Positions 29,653 to 40,491 of a stretch of 64,000 bases of DNA are shown in pieces. The position numbers were made by a program, and so were the translations under genes. The DNA is from an uncultured Candidatus Saccharibacteria bacterium (GTDB lineage Bacteria > Patescibacteriota > Saccharimonadia > Saccharimonadales > JAGQNJ01). The notes under the pieces were generated by a model that worked only from the letters and a program-made list of their open reading frames with translations, ran no database searches and was not told the origin of the DNA. Numbering within the stretch: position 1 is the stretch's first letter; every line of letters begins with the position of its first letter. The stretch is from positions 197,053-261,052 of the forward strand of contig CAZPAW010000001.1 of assembly GCA_964584895.1 (NCBI GenBank). The letters run 5' to 3'.

Positions 29653-31440
29653 ATGAGTAAAATCTTCAAATGTGCCACAATATTTCTATTAGTATTCAGT
29701 TTTTTAATAGGTCCATCACTTAGCGCGTTAGATACAAATAATTTTGTAATAAATTCGTTTGATACAAATTATTACTTGCAGAAATCCAACAAAAACGTAG
29801 CATCAATGCGTGTTGTCGAAAAGATTGTCGCTACCTATCCTGATTATGACCAAAATCACGGCATTATCCGGGCTATCCCAAATGAATATAAAGACAATGA
29901 TTTGAATATTAAAATCCAAGCCGTTGTTAACGAGCAAGGTCGACCGTACCAATATTCAACTAGTGAATCAAATAATAATACCGTATTAAAGATTGGTGAT
30001 CCAAATACGTATGTTCATGGTAAAACAACTTATATAATTAGCTATTTAGTATCAAACTTTATTACTTTTGAAGGTTCTCATGATGAGTTTTACTGGGATG
30101 TTAATGGCGACGAGTGGGCTCAGCCGATTGATAAAGTTAGTGCGACTATTCATGTGCCAAAATCAGTTGGCAAACTTAAAGAAACCTTAAAAAAATGTTA
30201 CGAGGGAGCTTACGGTGAACAGGACAGCAATTGTAAAATCAAAATTTCAAACTCTGACAATATGCAGACAGTAAAAGTGTCTGCGTCAAAATTAAATCCT
30301 TATCAAACGCTAACATTTGTACTGGGTTTTGAAAAAGGGACATTTCAACCAGACAAACTGGCGTTAATTTATAAGAGAATTTTTATGCTTTTAATTATTG
30401 CTTCAGCCTTGCTACCGATTTTTATTACATTATTAGTTGTGATACTAAAATGGCGCAAACGCGGGCGTGACCCAAAGGGCAGGGGTGTGATTGTGCCTCA
30501 ATATATTGCTCCAAAAGATCTAGATGTTATTTTGGCGGACGTAATTCTTAATGAAAGATTAACCACTAACGCAATCTCCGCCGGTATTATTGAATTAGCG
30601 ATTTCAAAATTTATTATCATCCACGAGATAAAAAAAGATAAGTTAATTGGGAGTAAAACAGAGTATGAGTTAGAGTTAATAAAAAAAGAATATCCTCACT
30701 CTGCTCAACTTAAAGAAATAATTGTCATGTTGTTCGGATCGACTAGCAGTATTGGCGATAAGGTAAATATGTCAGAAAAAAAGAACGCGTATTATAAAGA
30801 TGTACAATCGCTTGGCAAATCGACAACAAGCAAAGCGTCGAGTGAAGGCTATTTTGCAGTCGACCCATCAAAAGCGAAGACAAGCTTTAATACGGTTGCG
30901 ATCTTGATGCTGGTGATTGGGATACTTGTAATGTTTACTGGTATCGGCATACCTCTAGGGATTGGATTAATTGTATCCAGTATTATCACATTCATCGCGT
31001 CTAATGCTATGCCTGCAAGAACAATTAAGGGTGTCGAAGTGCGTGATTGTCTATTGGGACTTAAAGAATATATTAAGCTAGCTGAGGCGGAGCGATTGAA
31101 GTACCTTCAAAGTCCAAAAGGAGTCAAACAGTACGGTAATCCAAAATCAACTAAATCAAAGGTAAAATTATTTGAAAAATTACTGCCATACGCAATGCTG
31201 TTTGGGTTAGAAAAGGATTGGGCAAAAGAATTTGAAGATATCTATAATCAACCACCGGATTGGTATCAGGGTAATTACAGAAACTTTAATGCTGCGTATC
31301 TTGCATCATCTCTTAATAGTTTTAGTGCAAATAGCACAAGCTCGTTTAGTCCTCCATCCAGCTCAGGATCAAGTGGATTTTCGAGCGGTGGTGGATTTTC
31401 TGGCGGTGGTGGTGGCGGTGGCGGCGGTGGTGGCTGGTAA
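29653..31440 (+). CDS. DUF2207 family membrane protein
   Basis: HGIIRAIP, EFYWDVNG, FEKLLPYAMLFGLEK, PDWY, Gly-rich GGGGW terminus. Confidence 0.9.
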   Translation: MSKIFKCATIFLLVFSFLIGPSLSALDTNNFVINSFDTNYYLQKSNKNVASMRVVEKIVATYPDYDQNHGIIRAIPNEYKDNDLNIKIQAVVNEQGRPYQYSTSESNNNTVLKIGDPNTYVHGKTTYIISYLVSNFITFEGSHDEFYWDVNGDEWAQPIDKVSATIHVPKSVGKLKETLKKCYEGAYGEQDSNCKIKISNSDNMQTVKVSASKLNPYQTLTFVLGFEKGTFQPDKLALIYKRIFMLLIIASALLPIFITLLVVILKWRKRGRDPKGRGVIVPQYIAPKDLDVILADVILNERLTTNAISAGIIELAISKFIIIHEIKKDKLIGSKTEYELELIKKEYPHSAQLKEIIVMLFGSTSSIGDKVNMSEKKNAYYKDVQSLGKSTTSKASSEGYFAVDPSKAKTSFNTVAILMLVIGILVMFTGIGIPLGIGLIVSSIITFIASNAMPARTIKGVEVRDCLLGLKEYIKLAEAERLKYLQSPKGVKQYGNPKSTKSKVKLFEKLLPYAMLFGLEKDWAKEFEDIYNQPPDWYQGNYRNFNAAYLASSLNSFSANSTSSFSPPSSSGSSGFSSGGGFSGGGGGGGGGGGW

Positions 31441-31457
31441 TTAGTTTACCGCTATCA

Positions 31458-32447
31458 TTAGACCCCGTACTTTACACTTTCTTCCATTTTTTTAATGAAT
31501 CCTTCGTTTGCATCAAAAACTTCATCCGTGAAAATATACATGAATTCGTAAGCGCGCTTTCCAATCATATTAAATACCATTACACCTTTGGCTGGGATAT
31601 TTTTTTGATCTGTTTTCGGGGAAGCAATTTCTAAAGTAATCTCTGCTCTTAATGTAGTGTTATCGCTTGATACATATTTATTGACTATTTTTGCGTTTTT
31701 GATTCTTGGATCAGTTATTTGCCATTTAGAATCGAATGAATCATCTTTGAATTCATCTGCAATTTCTTTTTTTTGGTTTTCTGTCACATCAAATGTGTAA
31801 GAGATTGTTTGAATATTTGCTGCAACAATTCCTAGAGACTGCTCAGAATTATTTTTTGATTTTTCTTTATGTACATAGTCAGCGGATAAGTCAGTTTTTA
31901 TTGTTTCTTCCATTTCGATAGGTATATCAAAACTCATCCCAGAATTTTCATCAGTCGAAAAACCGGTTAGCTCTACATTCTTGGTTTCAGAATATTTCGG
32001 TACATTAGAATTTAGCCTGCCAATAAAAATAATTGCCACAATAGCAATAAGAGCAACAATAAATACTGCACCCAATAATATTAATAATCTTTTTATAGGA
32101 AAATTCTTTTTAGGTGCATTAGATATTGGGGCTTGTGGTTGCATTGGTTGAGGCGGTTGTGGTGAATCCGCAAATGTAGGTGTTGATGATTGATTCAATG
32201 GAGAGGGTTGAGGACTAGGTATTGGTACTTGTGGTGTAGGAGTTGGTGGTGGCGGCGCAGTAGGAGAGATATTATGTTGTGGTATGTTTTGTGGCGGGGC
32301 AAGAGTTTGATTACTAAAGTTTGGCATGGGTTGAGCTGGTTCTGGTATTGGATTATTTGTTGGGTATTGTTGAGGAGGTATCTGTGGTTCGGGTTGCGGA
32401 ATAGGATTTGGATTTTGATTAGGTTGATTAGGATCGTTAGGTTGCAT
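31458..32447 (-). CDS. Single-TM protein with Pro/Gln-rich N-terminus
   Basis: ~110-aa P/Q-rich region, TM, globular C-terminal domain. Confidence 0.75.
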   Translation of the reverse strand: MQPNDPNQPNQNPNPIPQPEPQIPPQQYPTNNPIPEPAQPMPNFSNQTLAPPQNIPQHNISPTAPPPPTPTPQVPIPSPQPSPLNQSSTPTFADSPQPPQPMQPQAPISNAPKKNFPIKRLLILLGAVFIVALIAIVAIIFIGRLNSNVPKYSETKNVELTGFSTDENSGMSFDIPIEMEETIKTDLSADYVHKEKSKNNSEQSLGIVAANIQTISYTFDVTENQKKEIADEFKDDSFDSKWQITDPRIKNAKIVNKYVSSDNTTLRAEITLEIASPKTDQKNIPAKGVMVFNMIGKRAYEFMYIFTDEVFDANEGFIKKMEESVKYGV

Positions 32448-32517
32448 TAGAGGCCTCTTATTTTTTAAATAACTTTATCTAATCATAACATGCTTATGCT
32501 ACAATTTAGATTAAGCT

Positions 32518-35298
32518 ATGAGGTTAAAAAAGAGTAAGAGGGATACTGTTATTAACAATGGTGATTACGGTAATAATTCGAAGCATGCAAAGAGAACCAG
32601 ACACCTTAAGTTAATAATTGTTAGCCTGACGGGTTTGGTTGCAGTACTTGTTATCGGGTTGTACCTGTCGCAGGCTAGAACAAAAAATACTAACGGTGAT
32701 TCGGACCAGGCTTTCCAAGAAGTTTTACAAGTTGAACCGCAAGGTAATAATGACGTAACAGTAAATTCAACTCTTGGATTTTCGACAACTTATAACAAAA
32801 AGCTATTTGAAGGCCAAGGTTGGATAATTGCAGAAAACGATAAATTGGACTACGTAACAGGTGAAGATCTTTGGAATAATAAAGATAAGTACAGCCCATT
32901 ATTTTTGAGCTATATTGAACCAGAGACACCGACAGCTAATGTGCTTTCAGATGATTTTGATATTAGAAATACAAATATGTATGTTAGCTCTAGTACGGTG
33001 AAAGATTTTTTTGTAAAACGAAAAAAAGAATTCGGAGCATCATTATCTGATACAGAGCTTGCGACGAAATTTTTTGCACCTAAATCAAGCGACAAGATAA
33101 CTTATAAAGCGACATCACCAACAAAAGTGAAGATTGGTGAAACTGAGTATACAAAAATTGTCTATAAAGCATCAAAACAATATAGCTACAAAGAAAGTGA
33201 ACCAGTTGGATCGCCTGACGGTGGACAAGTAAATTACATCACTATTCAAAATGGTCGTCCTTACGTAATGAAATTGACCTACTACGAATTTACGTCATCC
33301 CAAACTCTGGCATTATTTGAACAGATAATTGCGCAAACTAAATATACAAAACCAGATGCAAATTCGGGAGTTCTCGGTGCAAAAACTTCTGCCTCTGACA
33401 TGTTGTTGCCTACATCAATATTCTCTATTTTTGGCGCTACGACTGTTAACGAAGACTCTATTAATAAGGATATTAATGTGCCAGATGATTTGGTTGGTAA
33501 GACCGCTTTAGAGGTTGTTGCAAAAAATCAACCTTCCGTAGTGCGGGTTGGTTCGATTGATTGTAAAGACTTCAATCTTTTACTGAGTGGCGGGAAGGTT
33601 GGACTGAAGGTAGTTGATGCTTGTTCAGTTGCAGTAGGAACCGGTACGATTATTTCTGAAGATGGATATGTTAGTACTAATGGACATGTCGTAAAACATG
33701 GTTTTGTTCCGGCCTTGCAACAATACTTGGCGATTAATGTTGAAGCAAAAAACTACAAGCCGTTTCAAACATATCTTCAATACCTTTTAGACTCAAAACT
33801 AATAACCGAGTCTGGCTTAAATACTCTGATACAAGGAATTAAAGCTGGAGACGAAGACGCAATTTATACGATTCTTGATTTAGCATATGAAATACCTCAA
33901 TCTAACGTTAAAGTCACAAAAGAAAAAACAGAACTTGCTATTCAATTATCTGATGAACCGATTAAACTAAAGGATTTAAAAACTGCATCAGATTTTGTCT
34001 ATTCAGATAAAGTTGTCAGCGCAAAATTAATTGATTTTGACTTTGATCAGTATAGTCCTGATAATGGCGAAACTGATATTAATAAATCCAAAACATCAGA
34101 TGTGGCATTGTTAAAGATTGAAGGCAGCTCGTTCCCGGTGGCAAGTCTAGGGTCTATTAATTCCGTAAAAACTGGCGACTTAGCTACATCTATCGGTTTT
34201 CCTGGGTTTGTTGATGGTGGTTTAGAGACAAAAAAGGCAAGAACAATTCCTTCTGCGACTCAAGGTGTTGTCCAAGAGATAGTAAAAGAATCTGCAAAAT
34301 CGAATCGTTTGCTAGGAATTACTACTATCCCTACAGCTCAAGGAAATAGTGGCGGGCCTGTTTTTGATACTAACTCGCAAGTAGTTGGTATAACAACTTA
34401 TGCTTCAAGTAAGGGGGATCCGGAAGAGGGAGTGTCAAAATTTGCAGGCACTGGCGTAATGCGGGATGTCGCTGATCTATCTGCGTTAGTGACAAAGAAT
34501 AAAATCACATTAGATACTCAAAGTTCTATCGACGATATTTGGGACTCGGCAATTACAGAGTTTAGTAATGCTAATTATCAAAAATCAAAGGATCTATTTA
34601 ATCAAGTCGCAGAACAATACCCAGCTAATTATTTAGCATCTAGTTTTATAAAAGTTGCGGATACCAAGATTGCAAATGGAGAAGATAAAAGTAGCTCTAG
34701 CCCAATAAAAGTTATAACTAGCGAAAAGCTATTTAGCGCATCTAACCCTGTGACGTTAGCACTTACATTATTAATATTAATTACTATAATAATGATAATT
34801 ATTACGCTTATCTTATTGATTGTTCATAAAAAACGGGGAAAGCAACTACAGCAACCTAATCCACTAAACTCACCAGTCGATGGTTCAACTGCTGATAATG
34901 TGTTTCAGGGAAATCCGCAGACTCAATTGAATCGACCGATTAATCAAACAGCGACTAATTCTATGCCTCCATTGGGTCAATCGATGGTTGCCCAGTCTTT
35001 TCGGCAAGGAATTTCAAATAGCTACATTAATGCTAATAGCAATACCAACAGTAGCGTTATTAATCCCGCTCCACCACCACCGCTTCCTAGAGTTGCGCCG
35101 CCAGCTCCATCACAAAAACCCGTTTCTCCGACTGTAGTTTCTACTCCAATACAAAAACCAGAACTGTCAGTCGTAGCTCCTGATAATAGTCAGTCAAATC
35201 AAGTAGGTCAACCAATTAGCGATGTCAAACCTGTTGCTATTCAGCAATCTCCTGAACAGAGTCCAACAATCGAAGTTAGATTTGACCATGATCAATAA
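32518..35298 (+). CDS. Membrane-anchored trypsin-like serine protease (S1C-like)
   Basis: Catalytic triad TNGHV / DVALLK / GNSGGP; two TMs; Pro-rich tail. Confidence 0.88.
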   Translation: MRLKKSKRDTVINNGDYGNNSKHAKRTRHLKLIIVSLTGLVAVLVIGLYLSQARTKNTNGDSDQAFQEVLQVEPQGNNDVTVNSTLGFSTTYNKKLFEGQGWIIAENDKLDYVTGEDLWNNKDKYSPLFLSYIEPETPTANVLSDDFDIRNTNMYVSSSTVKDFFVKRKKEFGASLSDTELATKFFAPKSSDKITYKATSPTKVKIGETEYTKIVYKASKQYSYKESEPVGSPDGGQVNYITIQNGRPYVMKLTYYEFTSSQTLALFEQIIAQTKYTKPDANSGVLGAKTSASDMLLPTSIFSIFGATTVNEDSINKDINVPDDLVGKTALEVVAKNQPSVVRVGSIDCKDFNLLLSGGKVGLKVVDACSVAVGTGTIISEDGYVSTNGHVVKHGFVPALQQYLAINVEAKNYKPFQTYLQYLLDSKLITESGLNTLIQGIKAGDEDAIYTILDLAYEIPQSNVKVTKEKTELAIQLSDEPIKLKDLKTASDFVYSDKVVSAKLIDFDFDQYSPDNGETDINKSKTSDVALLKIEGSSFPVASLGSINSVKTGDLATSIGFPGFVDGGLETKKARTIPSATQGVVQEIVKESAKSNRLLGITTIPTAQGNSGGPVFDTNSQVVGITTYASSKGDPEEGVSKFAGTGVMRDVADLSALVTKNKITLDTQSSIDDIWDSAITEFSNANYQKSKDLFNQVAEQYPANYLASSFIKVADTKIANGEDKSSSSPIKVITSEKLFSASNPVTLALTLLILITIIMIIITLILLIVHKKRGKQLQQPNPLNSPVDGSTADNVFQGNPQTQLNRPINQTATNSMPPLGQSMVAQSFRQGISNSYINANSNTNSSVINPAPPPPLPRVAPPAPSQKPVSPTVVSTPIQKPELSVVAPDNSQSNQVGQPISDVKPVAIQQSPEQSPTIEVRFDHDQ

Positions 35299-35333
35299 TA
35301 TTCAATATATCAGATACTGTAATCTAATTAATT

Positions 35334-35365
35334 AAAAATACCTCTTATTGCTAAGAGGTATTTTT
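35334..35365. terminator. Bidirectional terminator between convergent genes
   Basis: AAAAATACCTCTTA-TTGC-TAAGAGGTATTTTT. Confidence 0.85.
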
Positions 35366-35384
35366 GTAAGATTAGAAAGACTAT

Positions 35385-35789
35385 TTATTCTAGTTCTTTC
35401 ATTTCTCCACCGTGGACTGCAACTGCCCAGATTACAAGTACATCAATGACGATAATCATCAAAGACCATACAGGATATACTGGTACGAAAGCCATGTTAG
35501 CTATTGCGCTAGCCATTGCTACTAAAATTGCTATTGTTCGCCCAAAGCCTTTGCCTTGCATTAATGAGCCGGATGCAACAAGTGCTAAGAATCCGCCAAG
35601 GATATGTATCCAGCCCCATTGGCTATAATCAAATACCCATAAAGCGTTTGGTGCTGCAACATATACGTCTTCTTGAAACAATGCTACAAAACCAGCAATA
35701 ATGTGAAATACTCCTGCAAGCATCAGCATTAAGCTAGCAAATCCAATCCAACCAACCCAACCAGTTACTTCTTTACTTTGTTTTGCTAT
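35385..35789 (-). CDS. Four-TM membrane protein (TGWVGW.FA..M..AG.F type); apparent start codon ATA
   Basis: Frame extends 20 codons upstream of ATG 35729 to ATA at 35789, 7 nt after GGAGG. Confidence 0.72.
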   Translation of the reverse strand: MAKQSKEVTGWVGWIGFASLMLMLAGVFHIIAGFVALFQEDVYVAAPNALWVFDYSQWGWIHILGGFLALVASGSLMQGKGFGRTIAILVAMASAIANMAFVPVYPVWSLMIIVIDVLVIWAVAVHGGEMKELE

Positions 35790-35926
35790 GATAGAACCTC
35801 CTCTATTAATTTATACTTATATTATACTCCAAATTGTCAAAATATTAACAATGACTAAAAAGAAAAATACTCAACTTACATAACGTGGTAGTGTTTAATT
35901 CTGATATAGTATCTAATAGGTATACC

Positions 35927-36625
35927 ATGCAAACTCTACCATCTAGTCTTATTCCGTATTTTATAGGTACGATTGTTTTTGCCATATTTGCATGGAGGGC
36001 ATATAGGAATTATCGTAAACTACACAATCCACTATCGGGTTATTTTGGACTAATAGCGGGTTCTATATCGATTGCATTTGGTACATGGTCTATTCCGCTT
36101 TTTTTCACTCGTGACGTTCAATTTGTTAAATTTGCAAATATTGTCGGAGATTTTTTTCTTTACGTTTTTTTTGTTATATGCGCAGACTTTGTTTACTACT
36201 TAGCACTCCAAAACCATATTTCTAAAAAATTGTACCGTGGGGTTATTGGTTTGTTGGCATTAGTAGGCTGGTGTGCACATGTTTACGGTTATCAGCAATA
36301 CGGTATTGTTGTTACAGACTTAGCAGTCGATTACAAATTACCAACTCTTGCATCTGTAGTCGAATTATTTTTTCTCGTAGATGTATTGCTGGTTGGTATA
36401 TTAGTTTTAAAAAAATTACCTGAACAATCTGGGGTTCGTGGGCGTCAAGGATTGATTGGGATTTCAGTTTTATTTATATTGTCGAGTTTGGCTGGTGCAG
36501 CGAATATTGTGATGTCAGAAGGCTATAGTAATTCGCCGTTGATTGTTGGTACTTACATGGGTGCATTTATATTCTTTGTGGCTGTTTTAGTATTAGTCAG
36601 GCTTGGTACCAAAAAATCTAGATAG
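35927..36625 (+). CDS. 7-TM membrane protein (possible stand-alone sensor domain)
   Basis: About seven hydrophobic segments; converges on the histidine kinase. Confidence 0.7.
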   Translation: MQTLPSSLIPYFIGTIVFAIFAWRAYRNYRKLHNPLSGYFGLIAGSISIAFGTWSIPLFFTRDVQFVKFANIVGDFFLYVFFVICADFVYYLALQNHISKKLYRGVIGLLALVGWCAHVYGYQQYGIVVTDLAVDYKLPTLASVVELFFLVDVLLVGILVLKKLPEQSGVRGRQGLIGISVLFILSSLAGAANIVMSEGYSNSPLIVGTYMGAFIFFVAVLVLVRLGTKKSR

Positions 36626-37982
36626 AGTTAGCGAAATCTTTAATTTCTGCTGTAGTTACTTTCTTTGCATCGCTCGGCAAGCCACCTACTGGTGGCACTT
36701 CCAGGTAGAATGTAGCACCTTTTTTGAGCTCACTAACACACCATACTTTAGCGCCAATCCGTTCAGCCATTATCTTTGATATGTATAGACCCAATCCTGT
36801 ACCATCGGTTTCTCTCGTACGCCAATCTTCAGCTCTAAAGAATTTTGTGAATAGTTTAGTTTGATCGGATTGACTAATTCCTGCGCCACTGTCTTGTACC
36901 CAAAACCTTACGCTATTATTTTCTCCATTCTCGGCACCGACAGTCACTACTCCTTCCTTCGTATATGTGACAGCATTATCTAGAAAATTATTAAGTATTT
37001 CGCGAACATAGGTTGGGCTCGTTAGAACGGGATGAATATCAATAATTGGACTTGAGAGTAGGTTCAAACCTTTTTTCGATGCCTTATCTTGATGCAGAGC
37101 TTTTACTTGAGCAACAAGAGCTTTGGGGTCGATAGGTTGAATATCGATGTCTAAAAATTCGCCTTGAGCTTTGGCTAGGGTTGCCAAGTCTCGGACTAAC
37201 TGACCGAGATGAATTATTCTTTCATGAACAGTGTTTAATAATTTTATTGCATCTGGTTTCATAGAACTTTTTAACGGTTCTGACAAAAGGGTAGATAGCC
37301 CGGCTTCTACAACGGCAAGTGGTGTTCGTAACTCGTGAGAGGTTACAGAAACGAATTCGCTACGCTCATCATCAAGTGTCTTTGCTTTTGTTATATCTTG
37401 TATAACGATAATATAGCCATTACTGGGTCGGCCATTATCAGCTGTGATTGGATTAACGGCGACACGGATATTAATAGTTTCATTATCGCTAATTGCCATC
37501 GACAGATCGCTTCGCTCAACAGGACTTTTTGTAGATGATATATCGTGAAGAATGTCGATATGATTTTTCTTATTATCAAAAATATTAAATACCTTTGAAA
37601 AAATATTGTCGCGAATTTGAGTCTGTGGATTACATAATTTTTCAGTAGCTTTGTTAAAGAACTTAATATTTCCATTTTCGTCTGTTACGATTATCGCCAT
37701 ATCCAATGAATTAATAAGTGAGTTAGAAATGTTATGTTCTTGTTCGTATTGATGTAACATATGACTCAATTTGTCTTTAGTCTTTTGATCACTGCGTAGG
37801 ACGAAAAATACAAATGCAGTTAAAAACGATGCTACAATTACCGAAATAGCGATAGATGCCCCCGAGCTAATCAGTATCGCGCATGCAATTATTAATGCCG
37901 CCAAAATAACTACAAATTGTATTGTCCGTTTATCTAGAATATTTTTGTCTGGTAGGTCGTCTCCACCAAAATTCTTATCCAT
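36618..37982 (-). CDS. PAS-domain sensor histidine kinase
   Basis: 2 TM, PAS, H-box SHELRTPL, N-box NFLDNA, DSGAGI, GTGLGL. Confidence 0.93.
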   Translation of the reverse strand: MDKNFGGDDLPDKNILDKRTIQFVVILAALIIACAILISSGASIAISVIVASFLTAFVFFVLRSDQKTKDKLSHMLHQYEQEHNISNSLINSLDMAIIVTDENGNIKFFNKATEKLCNPQTQIRDNIFSKVFNIFDNKKNHIDILHDISSTKSPVERSDLSMAISDNETINIRVAVNPITADNGRPSNGYIIVIQDITKAKTLDDERSEFVSVTSHELRTPLAVVEAGLSTLLSEPLKSSMKPDAIKLLNTVHERIIHLGQLVRDLATLAKAQGEFLDIDIQPIDPKALVAQVKALHQDKASKKGLNLLSSPIIDIHPVLTSPTYVREILNNFLDNAVTYTKEGVVTVGAENGENNSVRFWVQDSGAGISQSDQTKLFTKFFRAEDWRTRETDGTGLGLYISKIMAERIGAKVWCVSELKKGATFYLEVPPVGGLPSDAKKVTTAEIKDFANSI

Positions 37983-38016
37983 ATAAATATCATACCAAAA
38001 TAACTTGATCTAAAGT

Positions 38017-39201
38017 TTAGCTATTATTCGAAGTTCGGATTTTTGTAGCATTAAAAGCAATCAGCGCCATAAATACAGCAACCACTAAAAACGCTGCCCT
38101 GTCAGACAATATAGCCAAACCTATACCGACACCGAGTCTAGCCAAGGTACTCCCGATCATGCTGGATGTACCATAAATGGGATAGGTCTTCTCCTCTTCA
38201 ATTTTTGTTACTTGATCGAAAAAGAACAGTTCGCTAATTGGTTCAATAAAACTGAGCGATATCGAACCAACTGAAAGCGCAATCATTGCAAATGCAAAAT
38301 TATCAGTAAAAAAACAATATATACATATAGCAGCTAATATTGCGTAGGATCCTACAAAAACGTTACGATAGCCAACTTTTGAAATAATATTCACGGTTTT
38401 GAACTCTAATAAAAATAATGGCAACTGGGTTAGACTGATGAATAGCCCAATACTTGCTACGCTGTAGCCTTCTCGTGCCATAAAAATTGGTATAAAAGTC
38501 CATATAAATCCCCACCAGACGGTAATTCCCATTCTTTGGATGTAGGCAATCTTAAGGTTTAAACGCGATAAGTAAAAACGAAGATTTTCTTTAACGCTGA
38601 CGTCTAATCTTTCCCGTTTTTTTATAACAGTTTTTATAGGCATGATCATAAGGTAGGCAGCACTAATTATGCAAAGCGATCCAGACAGAATAAACAAGCC
38701 ATTTACGCCAGCATAGTTGAGTGTCAGTCCGCCAAGTAATGGTCCGATAAACCAACTCAGATTTACTAAGGATCCCATCAGACCGGTGTCTCGGGTGAAC
38801 TCTTGTTTGTTTCGTGTTGAATCTTTGAATAAAATACTCAACGAATTAACACTGACAGTAATGCAAAGGTTAGTTACAAAGATTAGCACAGTTGCCATAA
38901 TTATGCTCTTTGTATACCCAAAAAAAACATAAGATAATCCAGTCAAGATAGAGCTGATAATTAATAACCTTAATTGATTAAATTTCTCAAGCAGAGGTGG
39001 CATAAATAGTGACATCACTGCTATTAACAGTGCGCTCAGACCAATAAATATCCCGATTTGGGAGTCTGGCATACCTAGACTTATTAAATATAACGGAACG
39101 CCTACAGTCGTTGCAGCTACCCCCAGTGTATATAGCATTCTGTTAGATACTAGTTCATGAGTAGGTTTTAAATGTAGTGCAGATTTTGCATGATATGGCA
39201 T
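38017..39201 (-). CDS. MFS transporter
   Basis: About 12 TMs, IGPLLGG motif. Confidence 0.85.
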   Translation of the reverse strand: MPYHAKSALHLKPTHELVSNRMLYTLGVAATTVGVPLYLISLGMPDSQIGIFIGLSALLIAVMSLFMPPLLEKFNQLRLLIISSILTGLSYVFFGYTKSIIMATVLIFVTNLCITVSVNSLSILFKDSTRNKQEFTRDTGLMGSLVNLSWFIGPLLGGLTLNYAGVNGLFILSGSLCIISAAYLMIMPIKTVIKKRERLDVSVKENLRFYLSRLNLKIAYIQRMGITVWWGFIWTFIPIFMAREGYSVASIGLFISLTQLPLFLLEFKTVNIISKVGYRNVFVGSYAILAAICIYCFFTDNFAFAMIALSVGSISLSFIEPISELFFFDQVTKIEEEKTYPIYGTSSMIGSTLARLGVGIGLAILSDRAAFLVVAVFMALIAFNATKIRTSNNS

Positions 39202-39238
39202 TAAGCTAATTATATATGGTTTTTGAACTAATCAGTAT

Positions 39239-39988
39239 TTAGTTATGTATAGGTATCAATTCAAAATAATCTGCATACTCTCCCAGTGAGTCAATATATA
39301 TATCATCAACTGCTTTCGGATTGAAACAAATACTTAGCCGATCCTCTGATGAATTAATAGTTGCATGAGCGAACACAGGATTCCACATCGTGCCATAAGA
39401 ATGTAGTGCTAAATAATCTCCCTTTCTCAGATCAACTGTCTCGCCTTTCAGGGTGTTCTCGATAGGATTCGTATGTAGATAACTGTTGGCATCTTTGGGC
39501 TGTCCCGCAATTAACTTTCTTGTCTCCGATACGCTTAATCTATCCATCAAGAAAGTAGTAGTCCCAGCAAGGGTCAGGTGGTGTGAAACTCCTGGGTAAA
39601 TGTCTGGGTGTAGAAGTGGTATCCTGACAAAAGTATTGAGAGATCCATCATCGGCTGCCTCTTCGTAATCGAAAAGGCCATCAATATGCTTAGGAATATC
39701 TTTTTTAAAGAATGTGATATTTCCTCTGCTCTGGGCAGTACGGGTTCTTGGTAGATGACGCAGGTTTAGTTCGATATCGTCAACTTGGACACCTTTTGTT
39801 ACTCTAGATGCTTCGTAGGCAAATCTTCGAAGCTCTGATTCGTGCGCCCAATATTCACGTGCTCGTCCAATGACAACTCCTTTTATACAAATTGCTCCGA
39901 TTTTTCGACAAGCAAGATTATCTAATAGGTCTCGGGCTTCTGAAAAAGTCTCAACTGTTTGAATCAATGCTCGCCGATTCAGATACAT
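39239..39988 (-). CDS. Hypothetical protein, possible 2OG-Fe(II) oxygenase fold
   Basis: HID...AHAT...RLS spacing. Confidence 0.55.
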   Translation of the reverse strand: MYLNRRALIQTVETFSEARDLLDNLACRKIGAICIKGVVIGRAREYWAHESELRRFAYEASRVTKGVQVDDIELNLRHLPRTRTAQSRGNITFFKKDIPKHIDGLFDYEEAADDGSLNTFVRIPLLHPDIYPGVSHHLTLAGTTTFLMDRLSVSETRKLIAGQPKDANSYLHTNPIENTLKGETVDLRKGDYLALHSYGTMWNPVFAHATINSSEDRLSICFNPKAVDDIYIDSLGEYADYFELIPIHN

Positions 39989-40041
39989 ACTATATAGATA
40001 ATACCATAAAAGGAGAAATTATTCAATGTTAATGTACTGTG

Positions 40042-40491
40042 TTACCAGTTAACTTGAAAGCTAGATTTTAAATAGCCAATCTCGCTCCAGTATTCGTATT
40101 TTGGGCTTGGGGGTTCAGTATATATTGTGGTTGTATCCGGATTGCAAGTTACATTAAATCCTTCGTTGACTAGCCTAGCTGAAAGTGTGGTGTTAATTGT
40201 ATGCAAGATCGATCTATCGAATTCAATATCACGTGCAACAGGCTCATCTCTAAAACTACAGTAAGAGGTTGACCACCCCCGCATAGCATCTTGAAATATG
40301 CATTGCGTGATTCTTGCGTACCTGCTTTCGATCTCGGCTTCAACAGTTAAGGCTAAAGTAATTAAGTCTTGCTCTGTTCTTGAAAACTCGCCGGTTTTAG
40401 CGATCGCTGTCAACGATAATGCTCTGGTTAGCAAAGGTGTTGATGGTTCGATGACCATGCCTAATTCCTTATCATTCTTTCGTTTTTCCAT
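40042..40491 (-). CDS. Hypothetical protein
   Basis: 149-aa ORF with AAAGGA RBS. Confidence 0.65.
   Translation of the reverse strand: MEKRKNDKELGMVIEPSTPLLTRALSLTAIAKTGEFSRTEQDLITLALTVEAEIESRYARITQCIFQDAMRGWSTSYCSFRDEPVARDIEFDRSILHTINTTLSARLVNEGFNVTCNPDTTTIYTEPPSPKYEYWSEIGYLKSSFQVNW

Noticed and set aside
31385-31437. GGT/GGC microsatellite-like run
   Set aside because: Ordinary Gly-rich C-terminus of DUF2207 proteins
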